NCBI RefSeq assembly: GCF_006345805.1
Contig: NC_043005.1
Span: 20,770,001-20,834,000 of the forward strand
Source: Octopus sinensis
Lineage: Eukaryota
Length of the DNA stretch: 64,000 bases
Direction of reading: 5' to 3'
Shown here: piece by piece, positions 52,079 to 64,000 of the stretch
Numbering within the stretch: the stretch's first letter is position 1
Layout: each line of letters begins with the position of its first letter
Program-made: the position numbers and the translations under genes
Notes under the pieces: model-generated
Databases searched by the model: none
What the model was told of the DNA's origin: nothing
What the model saw: the letters and a program-made list of their open reading frames with translations, nothing else

Positions 52079-53343
52079 TTGGGTTTTCCGGAAATTTCAT
52101 GCCGACTTATAGTTGCTTACCTTTCGACTTATTTTAGAAGATCGTTGAGTTCTTAAAATAGGATTTGACTACACAGTTTAAGCTATCTTTTTGTGGAAGA
52201 AGGTTTATGTTCCTATAACCTGTGTTAATTCTATAACCCTTTAAAATGGAAGATAAGAAAGTTCATTTTCGGCACTTGATGCTTTTCTTTTTCTGTAAAG
52301 GAAAAAATGCCTCACAAGCAACCAAAGAAATGTGCACAGTTTACGGTGATGCTTCTTTATCCAAAAGAACTCTGTGGAAGTGGTTCACAAGGTTCCAAAC
52401 TGGATATTGTAGCCTTATTGATAAAGAGCAATCAGGCAGACCATCCACTACAGATGATGACCAAATCAAGTCATTAATTAAGAATAAACCACATTGCACA
52501 ACCCGAGAATTGGCAGAAAACCTCAACCTATCAAAATCCATCGTTCATGAGTACCTGGTAAAGATTGGGTACACAAATCACTATGATGCTTCGGTACCAT
52601 ATGAGTTGAGGGAGAAGAACTTTTTGGATCGCATTTCCATCTGTGATTCCCTTTATAAATGGAATGAAAACATGCCTTTTCTAAAGCAAATTATGACTGG
52701 TGATGAGAAATAGATTATCTACCGAAATGTTCAGAGAATACGATCCTGGAGTAAGTGACATGAGCCACCCTTAGCCACCCCAAAAGCAGGTCTTTACCCT
52801 AAAAATGTCTTGCTGTGTGCCTGGTGGGATTGGAAAGAAATTCTGCACTATGAGCTTCTCCCAAGTAACCAGTCAATTAATTCTGAGAAATACTGCTCAC
52901 AACTAGATGAGTTAAAAGCAGCAATTCAAGAAATGTCCAGAATTGGCCAACAGGAAGGGTGTTGTTTTCCAACATGATAATGCAAGACTGTACATTTCTT
53001 TGGGAACCAGACAAAAATTGCTGCAGATCGGCTGGGATGTGTTATCCTACCTTCCTTATTCACCAGATATTGCTCCTTCAGATTTTCACTTATTTAGGTC
53101 TCTACAGCATAGTCTTAATGGTAAAAATTTCAATTCTGTGGATGACATAAAACGATACGTTGATAAATTCTTTACCATGAAACCACCTCAATTCTGGGAA
53201 GAGGGTATTTTGAAATTAAAGGAAAGATGGAGATGCATTGTGCAACAAAATGGTTCATATTTGGTTGATTAAAAATGTAATGGTAAGTATTTATTGACCG
53301 TTTACTTTCCTTTGAAAATCAGCACACTTTCCAGACAACCCAA
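52079..53343 (+). mobile_element. Full-length mariner (DD34D) transposon, inactivated
   Basis: TA-TTGGGTT.TC.GGAAA ... TTTCC.GA.AACCCAA-TA; 1265 bp; transposase 52246-53272 with MTGDEK(stop), HDNAR, YSPDIAPSDFHLF. Confidence 0.92.
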
Positions 53344-53374
53344 TAATAATAATAATGATAATGACAATAATAAT

Positions 53375-54470
53375 ATGGAGTTGGAATTGTAGACTGGACT
53401 GGAAATGATAGCTCACCATCCAAATCTGATGTCAACCAACTAGACTTGAGGAGAGACCAATTTGGAAGAGGTTTATCAGCAATAGAAGAATGTGTACAGG
53501 CAGAAAGAAAAAGAGTAGTAGAGTATTTACAGAGCAGCACAGAAAAACTACCAAAGACATAAAGTACAGGCGATCAAATACATAACAGGAGAAAAGGACA
53601 AGAATGAAATACAAAGAAAGCAACTCAGACAGATTGAAGAAAAACTTCTGCATGGCCAGTTTTGGAGAGCCACTGAAAATGTGTGTGGAATAAAATCCTG
53701 AGCTTGCTTAAAAAATGAGCAATTAAAAAAAGAAACAGAGAGCCTAATTTTAGCAGCCAAGATCAATCGATGAAAACAAACAACTTGAGCAAAAATGTAT
53801 ATGTTGAGAATGTGCCAGAAAAATGTAGAGGCTGCAGAGCTTGGAATGAGACATTGTGGATGAGACATTGTGGCCCAGGAAGAATATAAGGAATGAAGGC
53901 ACAACCAGATTGTAAAAGTTATAAACTAGAAACTGTGTCAGAAGTGGAGATTTGAAGCTGGAAGCACATGATACATTCTTCAAGTCGAAAGAGAACTGGA
54001 GTCAGAGAAATGTAAGATTTTGTGAGACTTTGCTCTTCAGACAGACAAGAAATTAGAAAATAATAGACCAGACAAAATGATTGTAGATAAGGAAAAGTGA
54101 AGTTACATACTTAGCGACACATTATACCCATTTCATTTCAGGATCATAAAAAAAGAGTAAGAAAAGCATTTTGAAATAGGAAGAATTTGGGTCATGTGAA
54201 CAGTAAAGGCCATGTCTATAAGGACTTGTGCATTGGGGATAGGAAGCCAAGGTATAGACAAATGGCTGAAGGAGATTGAATCAGAATGCCTGGTAGAGCT
54301 CCTACAGAAAGTTTGTCTCTTAGGGGACAGCAAAGAATATGAAGAGGGTTTTAAGCACATGAAAGACTGCTGAAAACTTTTGGATACCTAAGGTTAAATG
54401 TAGTAACCTGCTATCCACATAATTCCAACCAGGAATAAGACTGACCCAGAGCTAGAAGAGGAGAAATAAT
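53375..54470 (+). mobile_element. Second R4/Dong-like RLE LINE fragment between (AAT)n tracts
   Basis: FGRGLSAIEEC, KLLHGQFWR, KKETESLILAAK, NRPDKMIVD, LLQKVCLLG. Confidence 0.75.
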
Positions 54471-54473
54471 AAA

Positions 54474-54522
<49 letters not shown>

Positions 54523-54539
54523 TTGATGATGATGATGAT

Positions 54540-56600
54540 TTCATTTGTTTGCCACAAGGGCGAAGGATGAAGGAGACAATACAAAGACAGACACAAAGTG
54601 TTGGGGGTTACAGATAACGAAATGATAAAAAAAATGGAAGTAAGTATACATGGTGTACACTTAAAAACAAGGGTCATATGCATAGCATACAAAGGTTAAA
54701 AAAGAATGTGGCAGGAAAAGTGATGCAGATGTGGCCCTCCTGATACAGGAAGACCTCTAGGGATAGTTGAGGAACCCCATTCTCCAAGAGTTCCTTGAAA
54801 CCTCATGAGCAATGCCCTCTCAAATTCCTTCTCTCTGACTTACTGATCTACACTGAAAGAGGTACCATCCACTCTCAACATTTTCACAACTTTCACCCAC
54901 CTTTCTGGTAACTCAGTTGAGGACAGCACTTCCCCCTCCATTCTCAATTTCATTTTCAAGTGAAACTTGAAGAAGTCAATGAGAGTTCTACCAAAGAGTA
55001 ATGTATCCATCCTCATGCCTTTCAGCCTTGTCCACCAACTAACCTCTTTTCCACAGCCTCCAGGCAAAAGAAAACTGCCTTGCTTGTCCAATTGAAGGTG
55101 GGTGATAGGGCAATCATCACTGCAGACTCAGCCAACAGACGGATCTGTTCGACATGTGAAAGCAGCTGTTCGACATGTGAAAGTAGCTGTTCGACATAAC
55201 CCCCACAAGTTAGCAATGCCTGGACACTGAACGAGTGCATGCAGAATGGTTTTGTCACTTTTGGTGCACCTCAGACAAGCCCATCTGACAGCACATCCAT
55301 ATCTGTAGAGTTTCTCTTGAACCAGTAGTGCCCCCTGGTAGCACTGCCAGGCCAAGGACGACTGGAAATTATCCATGACAGTTCCTAACTACAAAGTCCT
55401 CCAGAACAGACTACACATTCATTTACGTTGGCACCTAGAGTCTCCCTATGGACGACATCACACTTCCCTGCTTCTAATCCTCTATAAATTTCTAAAGTGA
55501 ATCCCATTGCCCATGTGGTAAAGGGCTGTGAGTGCCTGGCGATATTCCATATAAGAGACTCTCCAACCTGGTCAAGCAGTAACTGGGACATGGCACAACA
55601 GTCAGGTGATAAATGATAAATGGACGTGATGTAGGCATTTGCCACCTCTGCCTGACCTTTTAGGGACAGGTACCTCTCAACCAATTTCTGAGTAAGACTG
55701 GCCATCCTGTTTGCCACCTCATCCCAGTTCTTTTCAACCTGCAGATTGGGATCAAACTAGACCCCAGGCAGTTTAACTTTTTCATTGGTCCAGCATATGA
55801 TGGTATTGTCCTGCTTCTCTAGGATCCCAACCACAAACCTACCAATTTGTCAGCGCTGATTTTAACCCCCACAACTGACTGATATTCTTTTAGGATGGAG
55901 TCAGCCATTTCTGCTTCGGAATATTCCGACACCATGTTGGTGATATTGTACACCTTTCCTTTATAGGCATCAGCTAGCAATTTTGATGGGTAGAATTTAA
56001 TCGATTATGTTATTCCCTGTACTTGACTGGTAATTACTTTAAGGGCCCAAAAGGAAGAAAGATAAATTTGACGTATGTGGCCAGATTATAATATTAGGTG
56101 CTTGTGTGCATCAAGTTTGGGCAAATCCAAGGCAGGTTCTCTTAGATTGCCTGAATTAGATGTAGTCATAGTATCCAACTTTGGGTAGGGACACCACTGC
56201 AATCTGTGTACTATTTGTGCCTTGAAACCCAGATGTCCAACCCTGGAGTTTCAGCCCATTAAATGTGTTGATAACAGACCCAAGGTATGTGGGGTGGAGT
56301 ATGACAGTTTCACCACATTCTTATTGAAAATCTACTGGAATCTCTGCTTGCCTGGGAAGTTTTTCTTAAAGATCTCAAACTCCCTGGCCAGCGAATTTTT
56401 CATTGATTTGCTGAAGTGGAGGAAAAGACATTAAAGAGGAATCAATCACTTACCATAGTTTTGGGTTGGTCTTTTTTTGGGGAAAACAGACTGGAGGGTA
56501 GGATTTACATTTCTAGAGGGGAATACAAACAATGTCTGAACCTAGGAGCAACATACTAGAGTTTGCCTAACTTATGCATCCACCAGCTCCTTGAACATTC
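54540..56600 (-). mobile_element. Internally deleted Tx1/L1-like LINE
   Basis: LAWQCYQGAL.V, CLRCTKSDKTILHALVQC, LSLKGQAEVAN match the 16633 element's ORF2 3' part; an ORF1-like VILHPTYLG lies directly upstream. Confidence 0.7.
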
Positions 56601-56869
56601 CTGGCACTATCAGCAAAGGCAAGGCAGTGACCTGTCTCACTAGTGGCTTTACCAGCTACACCATTTTTATCGCCCTCTCCATCTGGTATGTGCCTCCAGT
56701 GTATATCAACTTAGTTGTTGCTTGTCTCTAACTTGTACTGTTTTACCAATTGCATGATGATGTGTTTGCTGTATAAGCTTCATCTACTGGTTACATAATG
56801 TAGAGAGGCATCATGGATTACCAAATATTGAAACAGATATAACAATTGGAATGAAAGATTACCAAGTTA

Positions 56870-57505
56870 TGTTCATCATTATCATCATAATCCTTTAACA
56901 TTGATATTCAATGTTGGCATGGATTAGACAGTTTGATTTGTAGGTAAGCGAGAGTTGGTTACGTTTCTAAAGCTAGATGCCTTTCTTAATGCCAACTACT
57001 TTACAATGTGTGCTAGGTGCTTTTAATGTGCCCACCAGCATGGGTGCTTTTACGCAGCACTAGCACAAGTGCTTATGTGGGACTGACACAAGGCTCTTGC
57101 AGGCCAGTCCTCTTCACTAAGGGGAGTGGCCTTAACAGTCCTGTTGTGGAGGATGGGTCTTTTTGAGTACAGCAAGGTATCGGGTATCCCATGCCTTTAT
57201 CCCATGTCTTCCTGGATCTCCCTCTTCCACATGTTCCATCCACTTTGAAAGATTGGCACTTTGTTATGGAGCTGTCAGCACCCATTGGCATTAGCCACTC
57301 TATCAGATGTTACTCATCACTGGTCACTTTGCATCAGTTTAGCCATCACATGATGCCACCACCCTCTCTTGATTAAAAGGGGACTGGAGTGACATGAAAC
57401 GAAGTGTTTTGCTCAAGAACACAACATGCTGCCTGGTCTGAGAATCAGAGCCATGATCTAATGATCATGAGTGCAGCAGCCTAACCACTAGGCCACATGC
57501 CTTCA
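56870..57505 (-). mobile_element. RTE 3' fragment plus SINE head
   Basis: ctagatgcctttcttaatgccaac...; GTCGRGRSRKTWD; ccactaggccacatgccttc. Confidence 0.65.
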
Positions 57506-57517
57506 CACACAGACTTA

Positions 57518-57552
<35 letters not shown>

Positions 57553-57691
57553 AAACATTCATTTATGTATCTATTTATATCTGTTTGTCTCAGTCAATAT
57601 ATTTTATTTCAAATTTGTCATTATCTTCTCATGTTCACCCTCATTCTCACATATATTAACCATTAATCTCAATTTCTCTGATCACTTCCAG

Positions 57692-57862
57692 TTTTGACAA
57701 TAATTGACTGTGGACCTCCAAAAGACATTTTTGGTGCATCAAAATCTTACAGTACCACCACCTATAAATCTGAAGTGATCTATATATGTCAAAGAGGAGA
57801 AAAATTAAAATCAGAATGTAAGAAGGACAGTGAATGGGCTCCATTGTCATCTGGTTGTAAAG
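57692..57862 (+). CDS. Exon C2: Sushi/CCP-like domain
   Basis: ttccAG at 57690-91, donor G/GTAATG; 171 nt, phase 1-1. IDCGPPKD...YKSEVIYICQRGEKLKSECKKDSEWAPLSSGCK, paralog of C1. Confidence 0.87.
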
Positions 57863-58489
57863 GTAATGTAAATAGGTTCTATCTTGTTGCTCCTGCTGAT
57901 GAAATTTTGTTTTTATTTTTGTGTTGAGTTTTTTTTCAAGGGAATCATTGCTATGTCCATGACAATTCCTGTTATCTTTATGGCTAATGGAGGAGGCTAT
58001 TGTCGTACCTGAGACATTGACAAATGCTGGTAAAAGAGTGGAGTTCATTAAAGCTACTCAAGGGACAGGTATTCTGGGCAATGGATTAAGCCGGCTTCAC
58101 AAAAACAGGAAGTCTGGAAAGGTCCAGAAGACTTCCACATAATTTCCAGTCACTACCTTTCATATTCAGGGCTTGCTTGTGAAGCAAATTTTTAACCATA
58201 TAGCCCAATCTCCACCCGATACCACATGATAGTTAAGTAAATTTTTTACTTCCATAATTATACCTCAGCTTATCTTACTCATTTTTCTTGTAATTTATAA
58301 CTTGACTTTTTAAATTTGTACAATGTGTCCTTATCCAAAATTGTGCACAATGCCTTGAACTTAGTGCTTCTACACTAGAATTTGGCAATCACTTGAATCA
58401 AACTTCTGATGTTCTTGTCATATACCAATTCACCATCCTTAAATATTCTTTTCTACTCTAGACACAAGGCCTGAAATTCTCGTGGAGGG

Positions 58490-58880
58490 GGCCATTCAAT
58501 TAGATCGACCCCAGTACACAACTGTTACTTAATTTATTGACCCCAAAAGGATGAAAGGCAAAGTTGACCTTGGTGGAATTTGAACTTAGAATGTAAACAC
58601 AGATGAAATACTGTTAAGCATTTCACCTGCCATGGTAATATTCCTGCCAGCTTGCCACTTTCCACTTGAATATTATATTAATAATAATAACAGTCACAGA
58701 TTTGGGCAAAGAAAGGCAGAAATTTTTGATTTGCAGTCTTTAGTCGACATCACTAACTCCAGTTCCTGACTGGTATTTTATGTTATTGACCCATGCAAGA
58801 ATGAAAGGTGAAGTTGACATTGGCTGGATTTGAACTGAACACATAATGAGCCTGAATAGCTTTCCTTCCAATTCTTTAAT
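58490..58880 (-). mobile_element. Two old SINE fragments
   Basis: gacccc...ggatgaaaggcaaagttgacc.tggtggaatttgaact motif occurs twice. Confidence 0.65.
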
Positions 58881-59789
58881 TACTATACATGTATACAATT
58901 AAATGAATATAAGAATGACGATGCACTTCTCTTGAATAATGCAGGACCTCTGTCTAGGTGCAACTGGAGAATCCCATAATTGAAAATCATCTTCAACTCC
59001 AAGAATAAGTGCCCTCTCCAGTTATTGTTTCTTGATCTATTGTTTTATACTCTGGACCCCATCCATTCTTCCCCTTGTTGTCACTTTAACCTGACGTTAA
59101 AAAAATTCAAATTGTTGCAAGGGAGATAACCCAATCCCACCTGAAGCACTACCTCCAGGGTCCATCTGGATGCATCGATTTTTGTTTATAAACTGACCAT
59201 GATGTTTTCCTCCCTCCAACCATAGAGACATTATATGCCTCAGGCCATTTGGGTCTAATGGGTTGCCTATAATGCTAAGCACTTTAGTTGTGAAAAACCA
59301 ATGGTCACTCTCTGACCAGTCATAGCAATCAGCCAGCAACCAAATCCACTCAGAAGGCTCTCGTTTACCCTGGGCTATAGTAGGAGACTTGTTTAAGGTT
59401 TTACGCATTGAAATTGAATAGAGAAACATATGTTTGGAAAGCAAACTTATTTCCATACAGCCATGCCTGCTTCACTCAATGCATATTTGTTCAAAATGAA
59501 CAGCTGTGAAAAAAATACTCAGGGTCACTTCATGAATGGAAAATATATAGTTAAGTGGCTACTTATTGAACAATGATATTATGATTAACTGAAACTTATT
59601 AATATATATTCATTTTACTGTTCAGTGAGTGATGAAATATTTATGTTAATGACTTCTCCTGGTTATATGATTGTAAAAATCACTTTTTTTATTCTCATTT
59701 CACTAAAGATCTAATTTTGTTGAATATAATTTCTTAGGTTGATAAATTAAGTTGTAAATGTTCACATTGACTACATACTTATATCAATC

Positions 59790-60150
59790 ATCTTGGTGAA
59801 GATCATCCTTTAATGTCTGCTGTCCATGCTAGCATGGGTGGAATAGTTTCACAGGAGCCAGCTAAGCAGAAGCTTGTATCAATCTTCTGTGACTGTTTTG
59901 TTAAGATTGTTACAGCTGGATGCCTTTCCTAACACCAACTACCCAGCAGAGTGGACTTAGTGCTTCTTACTTGGCACAAGTGCATGTGAGGCCAATTTTG
60001 GCAAGGTTTTTACAGCTAGATAATCTTGTAAATGCCAACCACTTTACAGTGTGGACTGGGTGCTTTTAAAGTGGCACTTGCACTGACAGGGTCACCAAGT
60101 AACTTGCAAGACAAAAATCTTTTGAGAAGAAAGAGTCATTGGAGGAGGTG
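59790..60150 (-). mobile_element. RTE 3' UTR copy inserted in the paralogous C-A intron
   Basis: tgtccatgctagcatggg...ctggatgcctttcc; splits the sequence homologous to 32430-33276. Confidence 0.7.
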
Positions 60151-60678
60151 ATCAAAGTAAAAGTATTTTTGTTTTCCTAAGGAAAAAATTACACAATCAG
60201 TAGAGTGATGTTTCTTGTCATGAATAGACTAGCCATATTCAGTTACATTCTTTTACATTCTGGATTCAAATCCACCAGAGGGTATTTCACATTTCATACT
60301 CCTGAGATTGATAAAACAGTGTTACTTAAGAACTAAATTTCATTCATTTTCATGTATCCTCACACTGCAATATGTATGACTTTGTTACCATCGATGATAA
60401 TTATAATTATTCTTGCTGTTGAAGGTGAAGTATTGACAAAATCATTTGAGCATCAGACAAAATGTTTTGTGATATTTATTTTGGCTCTTGAACTTCTGGG
60501 TTCAAATCTGGCTTTTGACAACTTCATCTTTCCGAGGCTAGTAAGTAAAAATGCTGCCAGTCAAGTGTTGAGGCCTATTGTAGTTAGCCATTTCTTACAT
60601 CAAAGCTTTGGCATTCTTCTATGTTAGAAAATATTACTGTTATTAGTTACATTGATCTAAATTTTATTTTAATTTCAG

Positions 60679-60918
60679 CTGTTGAGAGCCTTTTTTTGAA
60701 AGTAAACAATGCAATTCTGGATGTATCTGGGAAAATATTGTGGCCTAAGAAAAATGTAACAGCAGAAGCCTGTAAAAAAAAATGTCTATCTGACAAAAAT
60801 TGTTTATCATTTGAAATAAACAAAGAAAAGGGACAATGTTACTTATCGAAGGAAAGTGCAGCTTATTCCAAGGAATTTAAGTCAGCCAAAGACAGGGATT
60901 ACTACCAGCGAGTGAAAC
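60679..60918 (+). CDS. Exon A3: PAN/apple domain (type A)
   Basis: tttcAG at 60677-78, donor C/GTAATT; 240 nt, phase 1-1. ACKKKCLSDKNCLSFEINKEKGQCYL...DYYQRVK. Confidence 0.9.
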
Positions 60919-62370
60919 GTAATTATTATTTGTATTTTATTATTGGGCTCCTCTTTTTCTTTTCTTCTGAATTTTGTGATTCCATTTTCACTTAATAATA
61001 TATAGATAACTATTTCTGTAAGAACATTGGGAGGTTTATTAATGAGGAGGAGACATAAACATGTTCTTGAGAAAAAGAATGAAGAGAAGAACTGTGTACG
61101 CTGTTAAAACATTCTGATACAGCATTTCTTCAACTGGAATTCTTTTCTATATATTTCCAGTTGTTTGTTTCTTATTTTACATCAGAAACGAAACTGCTGT
61201 TCTTTTACTTAAACTTGAAGTGTAGTAGCAGTAGCAATTGTTGCAGTAATGAGTTTCTATTTATTTGCCCACTTTGACATGACTTATTGCTGGTACAGCA
61301 CAGTGTTTCACAAGGGATGTTATGTTCTACATAACATGAAATACAAAATAACAGAGAAAGAAATGCTATTCTACAGATTCATGTATTTTGTACATTTTGA
61401 CATGGTTGTTATGGCTAGATGTCTTTCCTATCATCAACCATTATACCACACAAAGAACTTTACTGAGACTCAAAATTATTTCACCTTATACAGGTTCTTA
61501 TTCAGAGTAGTTCCATGGCATTAAAAGCATAAGTGCCAGCAAATTCACCCAGTTTGCTTTTAAAGATCTTGTGTATTTCTTTTCAAATCCTTCAACCTTG
61601 AAATCCTTGACATAAGGGAAAATTCACTAGATTTATGGATCTCAATATTAAGTATGTCATTACTATCTTGATAAACCTTTTGGGCCAAAAAGAAAGTTGA
61701 GCTATTTCTCTGCATAACTATGAGGAACTGCAACTTGGCTGGAATGAGAGATATTACTGCAATATTTACCCTGGGTCCCCTCAAGAACTTCAGACTTGTT
61801 CACAGATAAGTTTTGTAGAGAGACAGTTTCAACTGATTTGAACAGCCATCCCATAATGAGATTTAAGAAATTATCAGTTATCTTCAAAAAATTTGATTTA
61901 AACATTAAGATTACAACTAATCTATATTCAACTAAGTGGATATTATTTTAGAATTGATGTGTTCAGCAAATAATACCCTATATAAAACTTAACAAGGAGA
62001 ACAGACACCTTCATAAGAATTCTGGCAATTTTCCTTGGTAGCAGAATCAGATTGCATCAAGAGTGATACTCAAACCTTTGCCTGAATGTTTTCATTTTGG
62101 ATAATCAATTTAGACATACTTTTTCTGATGGTGTGCTCTTGTTTAAGATTGCATGGCTGTAACAACAGACATCTTAGTTGATCACATGTTAAAGGAAGTT
62201 TTTACCCTACAAAAGCACACTTTAAGGTTAGTAATGTACAAACTCAGGTGAATTGTTTTGTAACTTGTGGACTATTTTGTGAATTAGTTGTCAGTATATA
62301 ATGCACATGTGTGGGTGTGTGAATGTGCATGTCAGCATTTAAAATGTATTTCTTTCTTTTTTTCTTCCAG

Positions 62371-62604
62371 CCAATAATGAACATTTCAAGCTTAAAAAAG
62401 TTAGCATACCAGTAGTGGGTATTTTAGGACAGTATAAGAATAAGACCTTAAAGGAATGTAATGAAGAATGCTACAGATATGATGGATGTAATTCTTACCA
62501 GTATGAAGAGGAAAATAAATTATGTGTTCTGAGTAATGTGACTCAGTCGACTGATAAACTTAAACCCAGCAAAAAAAAAGTAGATGTGTACATAACTAAC
62601 CCTG
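62371..62604 (+). CDS. Exon B3: PAN/apple domain (type B)
   Basis: ttccAG at 62369-70, donor G/GTCAGT; 234 nt, phase 1-1. CNEECYRYDGCNSYQYEEENKLCVLSNVT...DVYITNP. Confidence 0.9.
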
Positions 62605-62829
62605 GTCAGTAGACTATTTTCATTTTATTTATTATATGCATGTATTTTTGTATTTGCATCTGTGTGTGTGGCAATACTGCATGGCTAGGAGACATGGGCT
62701 TTGATCTCAAAAGACATGAGAAGACTTGAAAGAAATGAATCGAGCATGCTCTATTCACTATGCAAATGTGTGCATATATGACGTAGTATAAATGTGCTGA
62801 ATGCAAAACTGGTTTTAAAGAGAAATCAG

Positions 62830-63040
62830 ATGTAGTGTGCAAGAAAGAAGACTATGCTTGTATGGACATGCTATGCATATGGATAACTAAAGATGGGTAG
62901 AGCTTATGTATGATGGAGATGCAGGAAGACATGGGATGGAGTACTGATGGCTGACCTCAGGACACTGAATGTCATAGAAGTGATCACAGAGCACTGCAAT
63001 GTTTAGCAATATGTAATTTTTAAGAAGACTTGCTTTTTGC
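62830..63040 (+). mobile_element. Decayed RTE thumb fragment
   Basis: QERRLCLYGHAMHMD resembles RRLRWYGHV.RM. Confidence 0.4.
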
Positions 63041-64000
63041 TTTACAACTGATTTCTGGCAGAACTTGGTTTGTATTGTGTGTGTGTGTGTGTGTGTTTGT
63101 GTATGGTGTGTGTGAGTACAAATGGGCATCTCACTCATATTACGTTTTCCTTATATCTTTCTCAACAGACCTTTATTCCTCCTTAAACCTTGCTACCTGA
63201 GGACATTTCAGTTGTTTCTTCCTTGCTACCTGAGAACTTTTCACTTGTTAGTCATTTTCTATTCAGTAATATTGCTCTCTACATCTACACATTTCACTGG
63301 TTATCCTCTCTGTCACCATATTATCCTTCCTCTTGCAAACCCATCCACCCTCTTGCATACAACAAGAGTAACTTAGTTTCATGCTGCTTGCCTCATCCTC
63401 AGTCATGAGCACCCAGTCCCTAGTGTAATAGCTAGTGTTCACTCAAGCCAACAATATATTGTAAACAAAGCGACCATCAGTAACTGATTTGCAACAAGTA
63501 AACCAGCTGGTTGTAAAATCTCAAGGAGATCAGAGTAGTAACTATACTAACAAGTCAATCACCACATGAAAGTGAGTGTTCCATATACATACATACATAT
63601 ATATATATATATATTGTTGTGTCTGGGGAGAGTCATTCTCTTTTAGTGCCTTATTATTTAACACACTCACCGGTAAAATTTCCACTTATTTCTTATTTTT
63701 ATTTTCTAAAATTTTTGTTGCGTCTTGCAACCTTTTCAATAGTCTTGACTCTGTCTGTTATTTACACTGCGTTCCCTTTTGTTTGTTTTTGCGCATGTGT
63801 GTGGGTCAGTGTGTGTGTGCCTATACATGCATACATGTACGTATGTATGTATGTGTGTTTGCATGTGTATGTATGTATATATGTGTGTGTATGTATATGT
63901 ATGTATGTATGTGTTTGCATCTGTATGTATGTATCCTGCATATTTATGTGTTTGCCTGTCAGTGTTTGTGTATTTTCTATGTATGTGTGTGTGAGCATGT

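Noticed and set aside
61550-62050. Possible minus-strand Penelope RT remnant in the A3-B3 intron
   Set aside because: Only faint motif resemblance across many stops; not supportable without a profile search.

Overview
AT-rich, microsatellite-dense eukaryotic genomic DNA. The repeat families and composition suggest an octopus or other coleoid cephalopod (inference, no search run). The window lies inside one large + strand gene. Eight symmetric phase 1-1 exons with GT-AG boundaries encode PAN(A)-PAN(B)-Sushi-PAN(A)-PAN(B)-Sushi-PAN(A)-PAN(B), joining into 1755 nt of stop-free frame; start and stop lie outside the window. The introns are filled with mobile elements: RTE, Tx1/L1-like, CR1-like, R4/Dong-like and Penelope-like retroelements, a mariner, Helitron-like arrays, MITEs and SINEs. 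The most unexpected signal is a set of six hammerhead-ribozyme-like motifs of three designs hidden in the introns. The best is a near-canonical type I hammerhead at 8548-8599, on the sense strand, inside a ~200-nt highly structured domain. All alignments and folds were done by eye; transposon boundaries are approximate.
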